Below are positions 12,724 through 23,624 of a DNA stretch of 64,000 nucleotides, in pieces. The stretch is from Sphagnum compactum. Its lineage: Eukaryota. Location: assembly GCA_965153455.1 (NCBI GenBank), contig OZ234493.1, positions 25,534,213 through 25,598,212 of the forward strand, written 5' to 3'. The notes beneath the pieces were generated by a model. It was not told where the DNA came from and ran no database searches. It saw only the letters and a list, made by a program, of their open reading frames with translations. The stretch's first letter is position 1, and every line of letters starts with the position of its first letter. The position numbers and the translations under genes are program-made.

Positions 12724-13427
12724 ATGGCAAAGCCACCGGTAGTTGGGAGATCGATAATGGCGGTGGCATTATCGGAGGGTGCAAGAAATTGGCCATTTGT
12801 CTTTGGCTTTTGTGTCACTATTGGCATTGTTGCCAAAATGTCTATGGGGTTAAATCGTAAGTACCAACATTTTTTTCTTCCTTTCGATGTGCTTTTCGTG
12901 GGTTAATAACCAAATCTTTGTGATATGAGGTGAAAAGACAAATTGACAATGGTGTCAATGGTAATCCAAGTTTCATGCAATGTTGGAATTATGCAAGTAG
13001 TTCCAAATTATATAAGTCGTGGTGTTTGCACAAACTTGGTTCTTTTTTTTGTTCTTGCTATGTGATCAATATCATAGCCAAATAAAAGTATCAAAGATAA
13101 ATGAAGTCTTTTCCATATGAACATTGGACCAAATGATAATAATTTGCAAATCCATGATGAAGTTGTTAATCTTGAATCTCTTATTTGGTGCTTTGCATAG
13201 TAAGAAAGTTTGATGGATATTATTCATCAATATGTTGAAGACAATAATAATATAACAAACAAGAATTGACAACATCAAAAACCTCATTTTACCTTGATCA
13301 CCTTCTTTTGGTCTTTGTTGTTGTGCAACTCTTAATGGATTATTGAAATGTTTCTTTGAGTTTGGGTTTTGCAGCAGCAGATGCCAAGAAATCACCATTC
13401 ATCAATCCAGATGCACTTAGGTATTGA
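12724..13427 (+). CDS. Mitochondrial F1Fo ATP synthase 6-kDa subunit-like small protein (~61 aa, 2 exons)
   Basis: Exon 12724-12856 (…RNWPFVFGFCVTIGIVAKMSMGLN, donor GTAAGT) joins exon 13375-13427 (PADAKKSPFINPDALRY*). This matches the plant 6-kDa subunit pattern RNWPFLxGF…TK…L…DAKNSxF as I recall it. The 3' end is uncertain because a donor at 13421 is possible. Confidence 0.7.
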
Positions 13428-14870
13428 AATTGTGTCCATTTTGGTTCTAATTGAACATATTATGTCAAGTTACCCAAAACCAATTGCTAATAATTTGTGT
13501 AATTCCAAACACATGAATACAATTTTCATGTGTTGATATATATTCTTTAAAACAACCATGGATTTTGGATTCTTCCATTGTTTTGTGAAATATTGCAAGA
13601 TGAATTGCAAAAATTCTTGGAATCGAACAACACATATTGTTTTAAAATCTGAATACAAGAAAATATCTATGGGTTTTTTTGTTTATGACTAGACACACCA
13701 TCAAAGTACATTATTGTTGTTTCTTTCTCTAAAATTTTGTTTCCAACAATCTCATGGTTTTTGAGATCATGATTGATTTCAATGACTAACTTAATTTGCA
13801 GATGAATCAAACTCCCAAAACAATCACTTGGTGAGATATGCATTGTGCAATCGAAATTTCTCAAATGGATGCCCCCTTTGAAATCATTGACATGAGGTTT
13901 TCAATAGAAACATTGTCCCAAATGAATGACTCTGATGTTATTGTGCTTGGATATCATAGAGTTCTTTAGAATTTTTCATGATCATGCTTAAATCTAGTCT
14001 CAATACTATGTGATGTTTTCAAACTAGATGAAAGATGTGGACACTCTAAGGAGTTTTCAAGATTTCCATAGTAACAAGTCCATATCATCATATGTTTATA
14101 TTGCATCAATAACTTAGTTAAACATGTTGTTATGAATATGTATGCAAAGATGGTAAAGGACAACAATGATATATTTGTTTCTTTGAAAGATGTAATCCCT
14201 CGAATGCATCCCCATTTGCATGGTACATTTGTATCAATACCTTTCTCACATACATTCAAGGATTATATTCTTTTGCAATTGTCATTAGATAGTTACAAAA
14301 TCATAAATTTAAAAAAAATCAACATATGGTATCTATACGAAGTTAATCATGTATTTCAACATGAGGTTGAGAATGAAATTGCAAAATGGTTAATGAATGT
14401 TTGTTGAAAATTGGCGAAAAAAATATTGATATTTTCGAAGGAAAAATTCTAAGGTGATGGGTGGGATACCAAAACCATAAGATATACCTTTTAACAATAT
14501 ATGAATTGAAAATATGAAAAATAAATAAATACTAAATAGATTTCAAGAATCACAATTGGCTTGCAATAATTAAAAAAGAAAAAGAAAAAGCATTTAAATA
14601 TCCAATTATGTGCTACAAAGTGGATATTTACCCAATAAAAGATTGATGCCTCCAATTGAGGCTCATCACTTGGGTTATTTCAACTCATGGGCTTCATTTT
14701 GATTTCCCAAATAGGTACATGTAAGTAAAAGCAAGATTTTTTTTTTTTTTACCAATTTGGACATTTGAGTTTGCAATTAAAAGTAATTGAAAAATCTGTG
14801 AAATTAAGATGCCCAAAATTTGGGTTTTCTTAGTTTTTTAAGGTCTTAAAAAAATGAAAAATCATACAAC

Positions 14871-15457
14871 AAGATGAGAACCGGCTTGAAAACTGAAACC
14901 AAAATAGTGATAACCGATGAGATTCAAGATGAGAACCGGCTTGAAAACTGAAACCAGAATAGTGATTACTGATGAGATTCAAGATGAGAACCGGCTTGAA
15001 AACTGAAACCAGAATAGTGATAACCGATGAGATTCAAGATGAGAACCGGCTTGAAAACTGAAACCAAAATAGTGATAACCGATGAGATTCAAGATGAGAA
15101 CCGGCTTGAAAACTGAAACCAAAATAGTGATAACCGATGAGATTCAAGATGAGAACCGGCTTGAAAACTGAAACCAAAAATAGTGATAACCGATGAGACT
15201 CAGGATGAGAACCGGCTTGAAAACTGAAACCAAAAAACAGTGATAACCGATGAGACTCAGGATGAGAACCGGCTTGAAAACTGAAACCAAAAAACAGTGA
15301 TAACCGATGAGACTCAGGATGAGAACCGGCTTGAAAACTGAAACCAAAAAACAGTGATAACCGATGAGACTCAGGATGAGAACCGGCTTGAAAACTGAAA
15401 CCAAAAATAGTGATAACCGATGAGACTCAGGATGAGAACCGGCTTGAAAACGGAAAC
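14871..15457. repeat. Minisatellite, ~10.5 copies of a 55-57-bp unit
   Basis: Unit a(a/g)gatgagaaccggcttgaaaactgaaaccaaaa(t/c)agtgataaccgatgaga(t/c)tc; starts at 14871, 14926, 14981, 15036, 15091, 15146, 15202, 15259, 15316, 15373, 15429. Confidence 0.97.
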
Positions 15458-15841
15458 AGTTCTCACTCAATTCTTGAGAACTGCCTAACACTGGTCTAGA
15501 TGTGGCTAATTTAATTATTTTTATTTCGAAAAATGGCTAAAAAGTCCTTCAAAATCACAAATTTTTCGTGTTTTTAAAAAAGTTTCTGAAGAAAAAAATC
15601 GCCAAGTCGCGAAATTTCGCCACCAAAAAAACACTGATTATGGCGATCCAACAACAACCCTACTCATAACTTGGGCTCTCATTAGTTATCTCGTGTGAAG
15701 AGGGCTTTCAAGGTCGGAAAAAACCACCAATCAGGTTGCTGGAACCCGGGGAAGGGGGGGGGGGGGGGTGTAGTCTTATCTCGGCAGTGTGAAACGGGTC
15801 CGACCAGAAAGTTAAGAAAAATTAGCACAATGTAAAGACTA

Positions 15842-15943
15842 GGACACGTGGCAGAATGTCATTCCGCATGTAAGTTCTCTCACGTGACATTCGGCTGTGG
15901 AATGGGCCCGAAACTACGGGCTGTTTCTAGAACGCTCTGGAAT
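15842..15943 (+). promoter_or_regulatory. HSP101 proximal promoter: ABRE/G-box plus heat-shock element
   Basis: GGACACGTGGC (Em1a-type ABRE) at 15842-15852, TCACGTGA at 15880-15887, TGGGCCC at 15903, and HSE tTTCtaGAAcgCTCtgGAAt at 15924-15943. Confidence 0.75.
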
Positions 15944-16174
15944 CACCCGTCTTGCACCTTCCGCTGCTGTTTTGAGCTTCGTCTCTTCCCTTCCTCACTG
16001 GGCAGTTCTGCAGAGTGTTGCTCTTTGAATGTCATCATCTGTGAAGGTTCTGGGACCATCTACTGCTCTCTACACTCATCCAGACGATTGTCCGTTGGCT
16101 TGGTTTTATGCTTCTTTCGCTAGCCGATTTACCCATTTCGTTATTGATTCAGAAAAATTTCAATTTGGTGAGGC

Positions 16175-16180
<6 letters not shown>

Positions 16181-16224
<44 letters not shown>
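16181..16224. repeat. (AG)n microsatellite in the HSP101 5' leader
   Basis: About 22 AG units, ending ~45 bp before the ATG. Confidence 0.95.
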
Positions 16225-16225
<1 letters not shown>

Positions 16226-16269
16226 AGAAACTGATTTGAGTGGTGTTGTAAAGGTTTTAGTATTGTATC

Positions 16270-19200
16270 ATGAACCCTGCGAATTTTACGCACAAGACCA
16301 ATGAAGCTCTTGCGGCAGGTCAGGAGCTTGCAACTAATGCAGGGCACGCCCAGTACACGCCAGTTCATCTGGCGCTAGCTTTGATCGGTGACGGGGAGGG
16401 CGTGTTCCGGCAAGCGGTGCAGTCGGCCGGAGGTGGAGAGGAGGCAGTGAACTCAGTGGAGAGAGTGCTAAAACAGGCGTTACGGAAAATTCCGTCTCAA
16501 GATCCGGCTCCCGATACATCGCCGGCGAACAACGCGCTGGTGAAATGCATACGGAAGGCGCAATCGGCTCAGAAGAGTAGAGGAGACTCGCACTTGGCAG
16601 TTGATCATCTGGTTCTAGCGTTACTGGAAGATGCTCAAGTGGGAGAATGCCTGAAAGAAGCCGGGATCAGTGTTGCCAGGGTCAAATCGGCGCTGGAGAA
16701 GGTTAGGGGAGGAGGCTCTAAGAAAGTCGAGAATGCCACCGGCGATTCCAATTTCCAAGCCTTGAAGAAGTATGGCAGAGACCTTGTGGAAATGGCTGGA
16801 AAGCTGGATCCAGTGATCGGAAGAGACGATGAGATTCGCAGAGTTGTGCGTATTCTCTCCAGACGAACTAAGAACAATCCGGTGCTCATTGGAGAGCCTG
16901 GCGTCGGCAAAACCGCCGTCGTCGAGGGACTCGCTCAGAGAATAGTCGGAGGTGATGTGCCAAGGTAATCGCTTCTTGCGTCTCTCTATTATCTCTGTTA
17001 TTTCACTGCAAAACATCTCAGAATATGCAGAAGGAAATGAGCATCTCTTTGTGTCTGGAGACTTTGATTGCGGAAAGCAAGCAAGCGATCAGCTCTTTCG
17101 TTGATTCTCTAACGCTTGGTTGTGTGCCTTCTTTGCAGCAATCTTCTTGAGGTGCGGCTTGTTGCATTGGATATGGGAGCATTAGTGGCCGGAGCCAAGT
17201 ATCGCGGAGAGTTTGAGGAACGTCTCAAGGCTGTGCTCAAGGAGGTGGAGGATGCGGACGGCAAAGTGATTCTATTCATTGATGAGATACACCTTGTGCT
17301 CGGTGCAGGTAAGAAGAAGTAGAACTTTGCTTCTCCATCTTTTCTTCTTCTGTGTGTTTGCAAAAAACGAAAAAAAACAAAAAAACAAAAAACAGAAAAA
17401 ACTGCCATTTCACTTTTTATGTGTTCTTATTATGTGCTTCTCTCCTTTTGATGCTTGCTCATAAACCTCGTGTTTAGATAGAAGAAGCATCAATGGAATG
17501 GATCCACAGTCAGAAGTCTTTTCTTGATCAAGAACTTCTCATTCCAGGAGCAGCACCGCAAACTGCAAACTAGATTTCTGTTTTTCTTTTTCATCAAGAT
17601 CTTCTCATTCCAGTAGCACTTAAAACCGCAAACTTGATTTCTGTAGTCTTTTCTTGATCAAGAACTGAATCTCATTCCAGCAGCAGCGCAAACTCCAAGT
17701 CTTTCTTGATCAAGAAGTTCTCACTCCAGTAGCAGTGCAAACTGCAACTTGATTTCTTGATTGCAGTAGTGAATTTTCTTGATCAAGAACTTCTCATTCT
17801 GGTAGTAGCAGTGCAAATTGCAAACTTGATTTCTGTAATCTTTTCTTGATCAAGAAGTTCTCATTCCAGTAGCAGCGCAAACTGCAAACTTGATTTCAAT
17901 AGTCTTTTACTTGATCAACAAGTTCTAATTCCAGTAGCAGCGCAAACTGCACCGTGATTTGCGTAGTCTTTTCATGATCAGGAGCTTCTCATTCCAGTAG
18001 AAGTGCAAAACTGTAACTTGATTGCAGTAGTCTTTTCTTGATCAGGAACTTGTCATTCCAGTAGCAGCACAAACTGCAAATGGATTTACAACTTTGTGAT
18101 TGATTGATTGATTGATTAGGCCGCACTGAAGGATCTATGGATGCTGCAAACCTCTTGAAGCCAATGCTGGCACGAGGCCAGCTCCGATGCATAGGAGCAA
18201 CCACCTTGGACGAATACAGGAAGTATGTTGAGAAGGATGCAGCATTTGAGCGGCGGTTTCAGCAGGTAGAGTCTTTCTTTGGACCTGATTTCCTTGCAGC
18301 AAAGTAATCAGAGAACATCATAAGGTATCAGAAATTATTGTAGATAATGGCTCCCTACTTGTCTGCCAGCAGTGTGAACAACAAGAGTCCAAATTATAGT
18401 TTGATGTCCTCTACTTGTTGTGCTTCACTGAAGAGAATGAATTGTTGTAGTTTATGTGCAACTTGTCCTGCTGTGATCAAGAGTACAAATGGTAGTTGCT
18501 GATCTACTTGTCCCACTTTGTTGAAAAGAGTACCAACAACTGATGCACTCATGGTTTGTGTTGATGCAGGTGCTTGTGGCAGAGCCCAGTGTGGCAGATA
18601 CAATCAGTATTCTCCGAGGATTGAAGGAGAAATATGAAGGACATCATGGTGTTCGGATTTTGGACAGGGCGCTTGTGGTAGCTGCACAATTGTCCAGCCG
18701 TTACATTACAGGTATGGCTACATATTACCATGACTCAAATTCTGATTTCTTTCTCTATCTTGCTCAAATAGCAAGATAGGGATTCTGATTCTCACTATCT
18801 CACTTGTTGCAAGAAAAATGATTGCAACTGGTTTCATTTTGTTTGTTTTGATGATGTTGTGATTTGCAGCTGTGTTCTTGCAAGATATATATACCAGAGA
18901 AACTACTTGTAACTGAGTTTTATCTCCTTGTATGTTTATGCAGGTCGGCACCTTCCTGATAAAGCAATTGATCTGATAGATGAGGCATGTGCAAACGTGC
19001 GAGTGCAACTTGACAGTCAGCCTGAAGAGATTGATCATTTGGAACGTCGGAAGGTGCAGTTGGAGGTGGAGTTACATGCCCTTGAGAAAGAGAAGGATAA
19101 GTCCAGCAAGGCTCGCTTGGTCGAGGTGGGTCTCCCTCAAATATATATTAGCAATTTTTTTTGCAGGATTTGTGCTGAAGCATAGTGCAAATGTGGGAAA

Positions 19201-21775
19201 TCAGAATGCTGAAAAGGAAACTGGTCGGTATCTCACTTTATCAGGTTAAAGAAGAGCTTGATGACCTGCAAGATAAGTTGCGCCCATTAAAGATGAAATA
19301 TCAGCGAGAGAAGGAGAGAGTGGATGAACTGCGGAGGCTGAAACAAAAGCGAGAGGAGTTACAGATGAGTCTGTTGGAAGCTGAAAGGCGCTATGATTTG
19401 GCACGGGCTGCAGATCTCAAATATGGTGCGATACAAGATTTGGACATAGCCATCAGCAAATTTGAGGCAGATTCTGGTGAAAACAACATGCTTGCTGAGA
19501 CAGTTGGACCTGATCAGGTTGCAGAGGTACTGTTGATTTGCCGATGCACCTCATGATTTTTCCTTTAATTTAGAATAGGAGTATTCTACCTACAGAACAA
19601 ATTTTACAGAAATTAAAATACATAGTTGTTCACTAATTGTGCATCTTTAGTAGTAGCATGTTATCTTGAGAAAACATGAGGTACTGATTACCACGGGTGA
19701 TGTGAAAGTGCAGGTGGTGAGCAGGTGGACGGGCATTCCAGTGACAAGGTTGGGTCAAAATGAAAAACTCCGCCTCTTGGGTTTGCCTGAACGGTTGCAC
19801 CAGCGTGTTGTGGGCCAGGACGAGGCAGTGCAAGCAGTAGCTGAAGCTGTGCTACGATCACGAGCTGGTTTAGGAAGAGCCCAACAGCCCACTGGTTCTT
19901 TCCTCTTTCTTGGGCCAACAGGTGTTGGGAAAACTGAGTTGGCTAAGGCATTGGCAGAACAATTGTTTGACTCTGACAATCAGCTTGTGCGCATCGATAT
20001 GTCAGAGTACATGGAGCAGCATTCAGTATCCAGACTAATTGGTGCCCCTCCAGGGTATGACCTTTTCCTCTGTTTTACCCTGCTTGTGCTTGGGATGTTT
20101 ATCTTAGCTGCTCAGCACCACATAGGTTGCAGGTCACTGAACGTGTATGTTACTGTCACTGTTGTTCAACCTACTGCTTATTTCTTTCTGTGTTTTTTCA
20201 AGGGTTAGGGTCTCCACTGTTTCCTGTGAACTGATATGTTGCCAGATCTCAAATATCTGTAGAAGTTATTATCAGATCATTGCTTATTTCTCTCTGGCTA
20301 TAACTTGATATTGTGACCATGGAGAAACTCTTTATTATTCCATATATTATTTTTTCCCTATGCAAATAGATTTTAATCATGCAGGCAAGAAAATTGATGT
20401 TGAAGCAGGAAGCCAGATAATTTTGATCAATGTGTTGGTTACTCACATGAGATGCCATGAGAGCTGGAAATGCCTTTGTCCAGTTGCATGGGTGTAGCCA
20501 AGTCTCAAAGCAATAGTTTGTGTTGGACATGACAGATATGTGGGGCATGAGGAAGGTGGTCAACTTACCGAAGCAGTAAGAAGGCGACCATACAGTGTGG
20601 TGCTCTTTGATGAGGTGGAGAAAGCACATCCTTCAGTTTTCAACACACTCTTGCAGATGCTTGATGATGGGCGTCTGACAGATGGGCAAGGTCGAACAGT
20701 TGACTTCACCAACACTGTGATAATCCTTACCTCCAATCTTGGGGCAGAGCACTTGCTTGCAGGGTTAATTGGAGAGCAGAGCATGGATCTTGCGAAGGAG
20801 AAAGTCATGCAGGAGGTAATTTCTTCCATCTGATAGTTGATCATTGTAAAATAACCTATATATGATGCAGGAACGTCTCAAAAGGTTGGATAATGATATG
20901 TTCAAAATGTCACTGGTGCCAAATCTCTCCTAGTGTCCCACTCTCTGCAGTGTCTGTATTCTACTTGAATACTATCTGAAGGATGCTGTAGCCAAATTAC
21001 TGGACAAACTTTGACTGACAACATTTGAATGTGGCTATGTCCATTTCAGGTGAAGAGGCATTTCAGACCGGAGCTGTTGAATCGATTGGATGAGATTGTT
21101 GTGTTTGAGCCACTTTCTCATGAACAACTACTTAAGGTGGCACGCATGCAGATGAAAGATGTTGCAGTACGCCTAGCTGAGCGTGGTGTTGCCCTAGCAG
21201 TTACAGATGCTGCACTCCAACTTGTGCTCATGGAGTCTTATGACCCGGTTTGTTCCTTTTCCAATTCACCCATTTGATCAAACTAGATGTATACAAACAG
21301 GAAGAAGTTATATCCAATTCTTCTCTAAATGCTCTGATCTCTTTCATATATTGTGGGTGCAATATTAGACATGAAATGTCTGCAGAAATTTTTCAAAGTG
21401 GCCAATATTCCTTACTTGGGTTTGATTTCCTGCAATGAGCAGGTGTATGGAGCACGCCCACTTCGCCGCTGGTTAGAACGCAAGGTGGTCACTCAGCTGT
21501 CAAGAATGCTGATCAATGACGAGATTGATGACAACTCAACTGTGTACGTAGATGCGAAACCAGAAGGGGGAGAGTTGACATACCGGGTTGAGCGTAATGG
21601 AGGTCTTGTAAATGCAGCTACAGGTGTCAAGTCTGACATCCTTATAGAAGTTCCAGATGTGCCTCACCACATGGAGGCTTCCAAGAGTACAAAGAGAATG
21701 AAGATGGAAGACCTGGACATGGATGGGGAGGATGCTATGCAAGAAGAAAACTGGACAGTACTTCCAGAAGACTGA
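16270..21775 (+). CDS. HSP101: Cytosolic heat shock protein 101 / ClpB1 AAA+ disaggregase, ~922 aa, 10 exons
   Basis: Exons 16270-16964, 17139-17308, 18120-18265, 18570-18711, 18944-19125, 19245-19526, 19714-20054, 20536-20815, 21050-21247, 21443-21775 (2769 nt, in frame). Starts [14 protein letters not shown] with no transit peptide; [44 protein letters not shown] and YGARPLRR are present. Confidence 0.97.
17515..18085. repeat. Intronic minisatellite, ~9 copies of ~64 bp, in HSP101 intron 2
   Basis: Unit agtcttttcttgatcaagaacttctcattccagtagcagcgcaaactgcaa(a)cttgatttctgt; core starts near 17521, 17588, 17651, 17703, 17776, 17843, 17908, 17971, 18035. Confidence 0.9.
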
Positions 21776-22196
21776 GACAAAACTGGACAGTACTTCACTC
21801 TTCTTTGCTGCAGCGTAAGGCATGCCCATCAATCATCATACTAAATTTTGTAGATAATACTGCCATCAGTTCGCAAATGGCAATGCTGCAGGGTGTTACT
21901 AGTGCAGACAAGAGCCGATGAAGTGTTTTTGTTATTGCAAATGCTTTGCATAGTTAGTACATGATGAATAAATAAAAGGTTTATTCTCAAATTTTCGACA
22001 AGAGAAACTCAAATTTCCAAAACAATATACAAACACCGCCCCCAAAAAAAGTCTCTGTTGCTATGTTACTATGCTATGTTACTGTTGCTATGCTATGTCA
22101 CTGTGCTATGCCATTTGTTTATCTCTGTTGCTAAACATGTTACTATCCAACACCAAAAACACATTCCAGTTCCTCTGAAATTTTCAGCTATGATTT

Positions 22197-22392
22197 AGTT
22201 TTCAGTGAAGAAATTACTCAATATTCAAGAACTTTTGCACCACAAAGTCCAAACGCCATGGAACCAAGCCCATGCAGCCCTCCGCATGGAGAGCTTTCCA
22301 AAGACACCAAGAACACAATCTGAAGCATCCTGGTCCAGTGGATCTCATAACTAGAAAAACAAATCAAAACAAACTACCTTCATAGATAGATT
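22197..22392 (-). mobile_element. Dispersed repeat, possibly the 5' end of a non-autonomous Helitron-like element (copy 1)
   Basis: Strongly similar to 53030-53235 (gaacttttgcac..aagtccaaa.gccatggaacca...gagagct.tccaaagacaccaagaacac...tctgaagcatcc...catagataga). The reverse strand starts TCTATCTAT. The Helitron assignment is inference. Confidence 0.55.
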
Positions 22393-23375
22393 GCAACTTT
22401 TTTCTCTACTCTATCAACATGGATATAATAAAAACAGATCGACTTGTGTCTTCTCATGTTCATAAATATTTATATTATTTACTAACAACTCTTCTTGTCT
22501 AACAATAAGAATAATGAAAATTTATTGAAAATTGTATGGGAAGAACAGAAGAAAAGCAAAGAAAAGAAAATAGTTGATCATCACTGGTGATGCAAAGCCA
22601 CTTGAAGCCCAAGAAAAAACTAGTATTGAATATAATTGGTACGTTAAATGGATTTCACACTTACCCTCACATTTTCCTGGGCTTACCTTTTCCCCAATGC
22701 CCAAGAACAACATAACCGGCTCTTCACATGCCATCCCAATGCATATCATCATGCTCGTGATCATTTGCAGACTGAGAAACAAGATCATTCTCCTTTCTAT
22801 TTGAGATGATACGTGTAGATTGCCTTGGCAGTACCCAGGGCAATAATTGAGGTGGGCCCCTAGACACCAGAGGCGACCGTAGCCTGCACCTCTGTAAGGA
22901 TTTTTCATAAGATGGAATATGGCCCACACCAAGGTTTTTAGTTTTTTGTATGGTGTAGGATAAGGACCAAGAAGGGGGATATTCTGGGTACAAGGGCCCT
23001 TCACAAGGCTAGCTAGAGCTGAGTGCGGTACCTGAATTTCTCAAAAAACTGCCTCATTCAAGCTTCTTATCCAAGTGTAAAAGATCGGATAAGAACTTGA
23101 CCAGCTGTGATTTGTTCGAGAAGGAGAGGAGAAACTTTGTGTAATTGTTTCTCCTCTATTGTAACAAAAACATTACTGAGGATAAGGCACCCTCTACATA
23201 CAATTAAAAAAACCCTACCATTTCTTTACTGAGTACAGAAGGCATTGGTGTAGTGAAGACTTAATGAATTGTGGTATGGCTAAAAGCTGCCCTAAGTTTT
23301 GTAGTGTATTTAGACCATTATTGTCAAAGTGCAAGAAATCGATGACCATCTTCCAAGATCTTACAAAATGGAAGA

Positions 23376-23624
23376 CCAAATTAAATGATGGCAACTAAAC
23401 ACGAGGGTTGTGCTCTTTGCAGGACTTAACCCAACACCTTACGGCACGAGCTGATGACAGCCATGCACCACCTGTGTCCGCGTTCCCGAGGGCACTCTTC
23501 TCTTTCAAGAAGATTCGTGGCATGTCAAGCCCTGGTAAGGTTCTTCGAGTTGCATCGAATAAAACCACATGCTCCACCGCTTGTGCAGGCCCCCGTCAAT
23601 TCCTTTGAGTTTCATTCTTGCGAA
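23376..23624 (-). pseudogene. rrn16: Plastid 16S rRNA fragment inserted in the nuclear genome (NUPT), ~250 bp
   Basis: Reverse complement of the 16S V5-V7 region, with ccgtcaattcctttgagttt, cacatgctccaccgcttgtg and gacagccatgcaccacctg. Plastid-type stretches are caccttacggcacgagctg and gagtttcattcttgcgaa. It is truncated and has substitutions in conserved positions. Confidence 0.92.

Noticed and set aside
13667..13864. IMYFDG motif suggesting retroelement RNase H
   Set aside because: Too short, with no supporting neighbouring motifs.
14871..15457. CRISPR-like appearance of this and the other regular arrays
   Set aside because: Units are repeated over their whole length with no unique spacers, there are no cas genes, and the context is eukaryotic.
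15144..15491. 115-aa repetitive ORF on the minus strand
   Set aside because: By-product of 57-bp (multiple-of-3) repeat units. The same applies to the ORFs at 53565-53996 and 1071-1322.
23376..23624. Functional rRNA gene or bacterial contamination
   Set aside because: Only ~250 bp, with plastid-type signatures, mutations in invariant positions and nuclear-type flanks.
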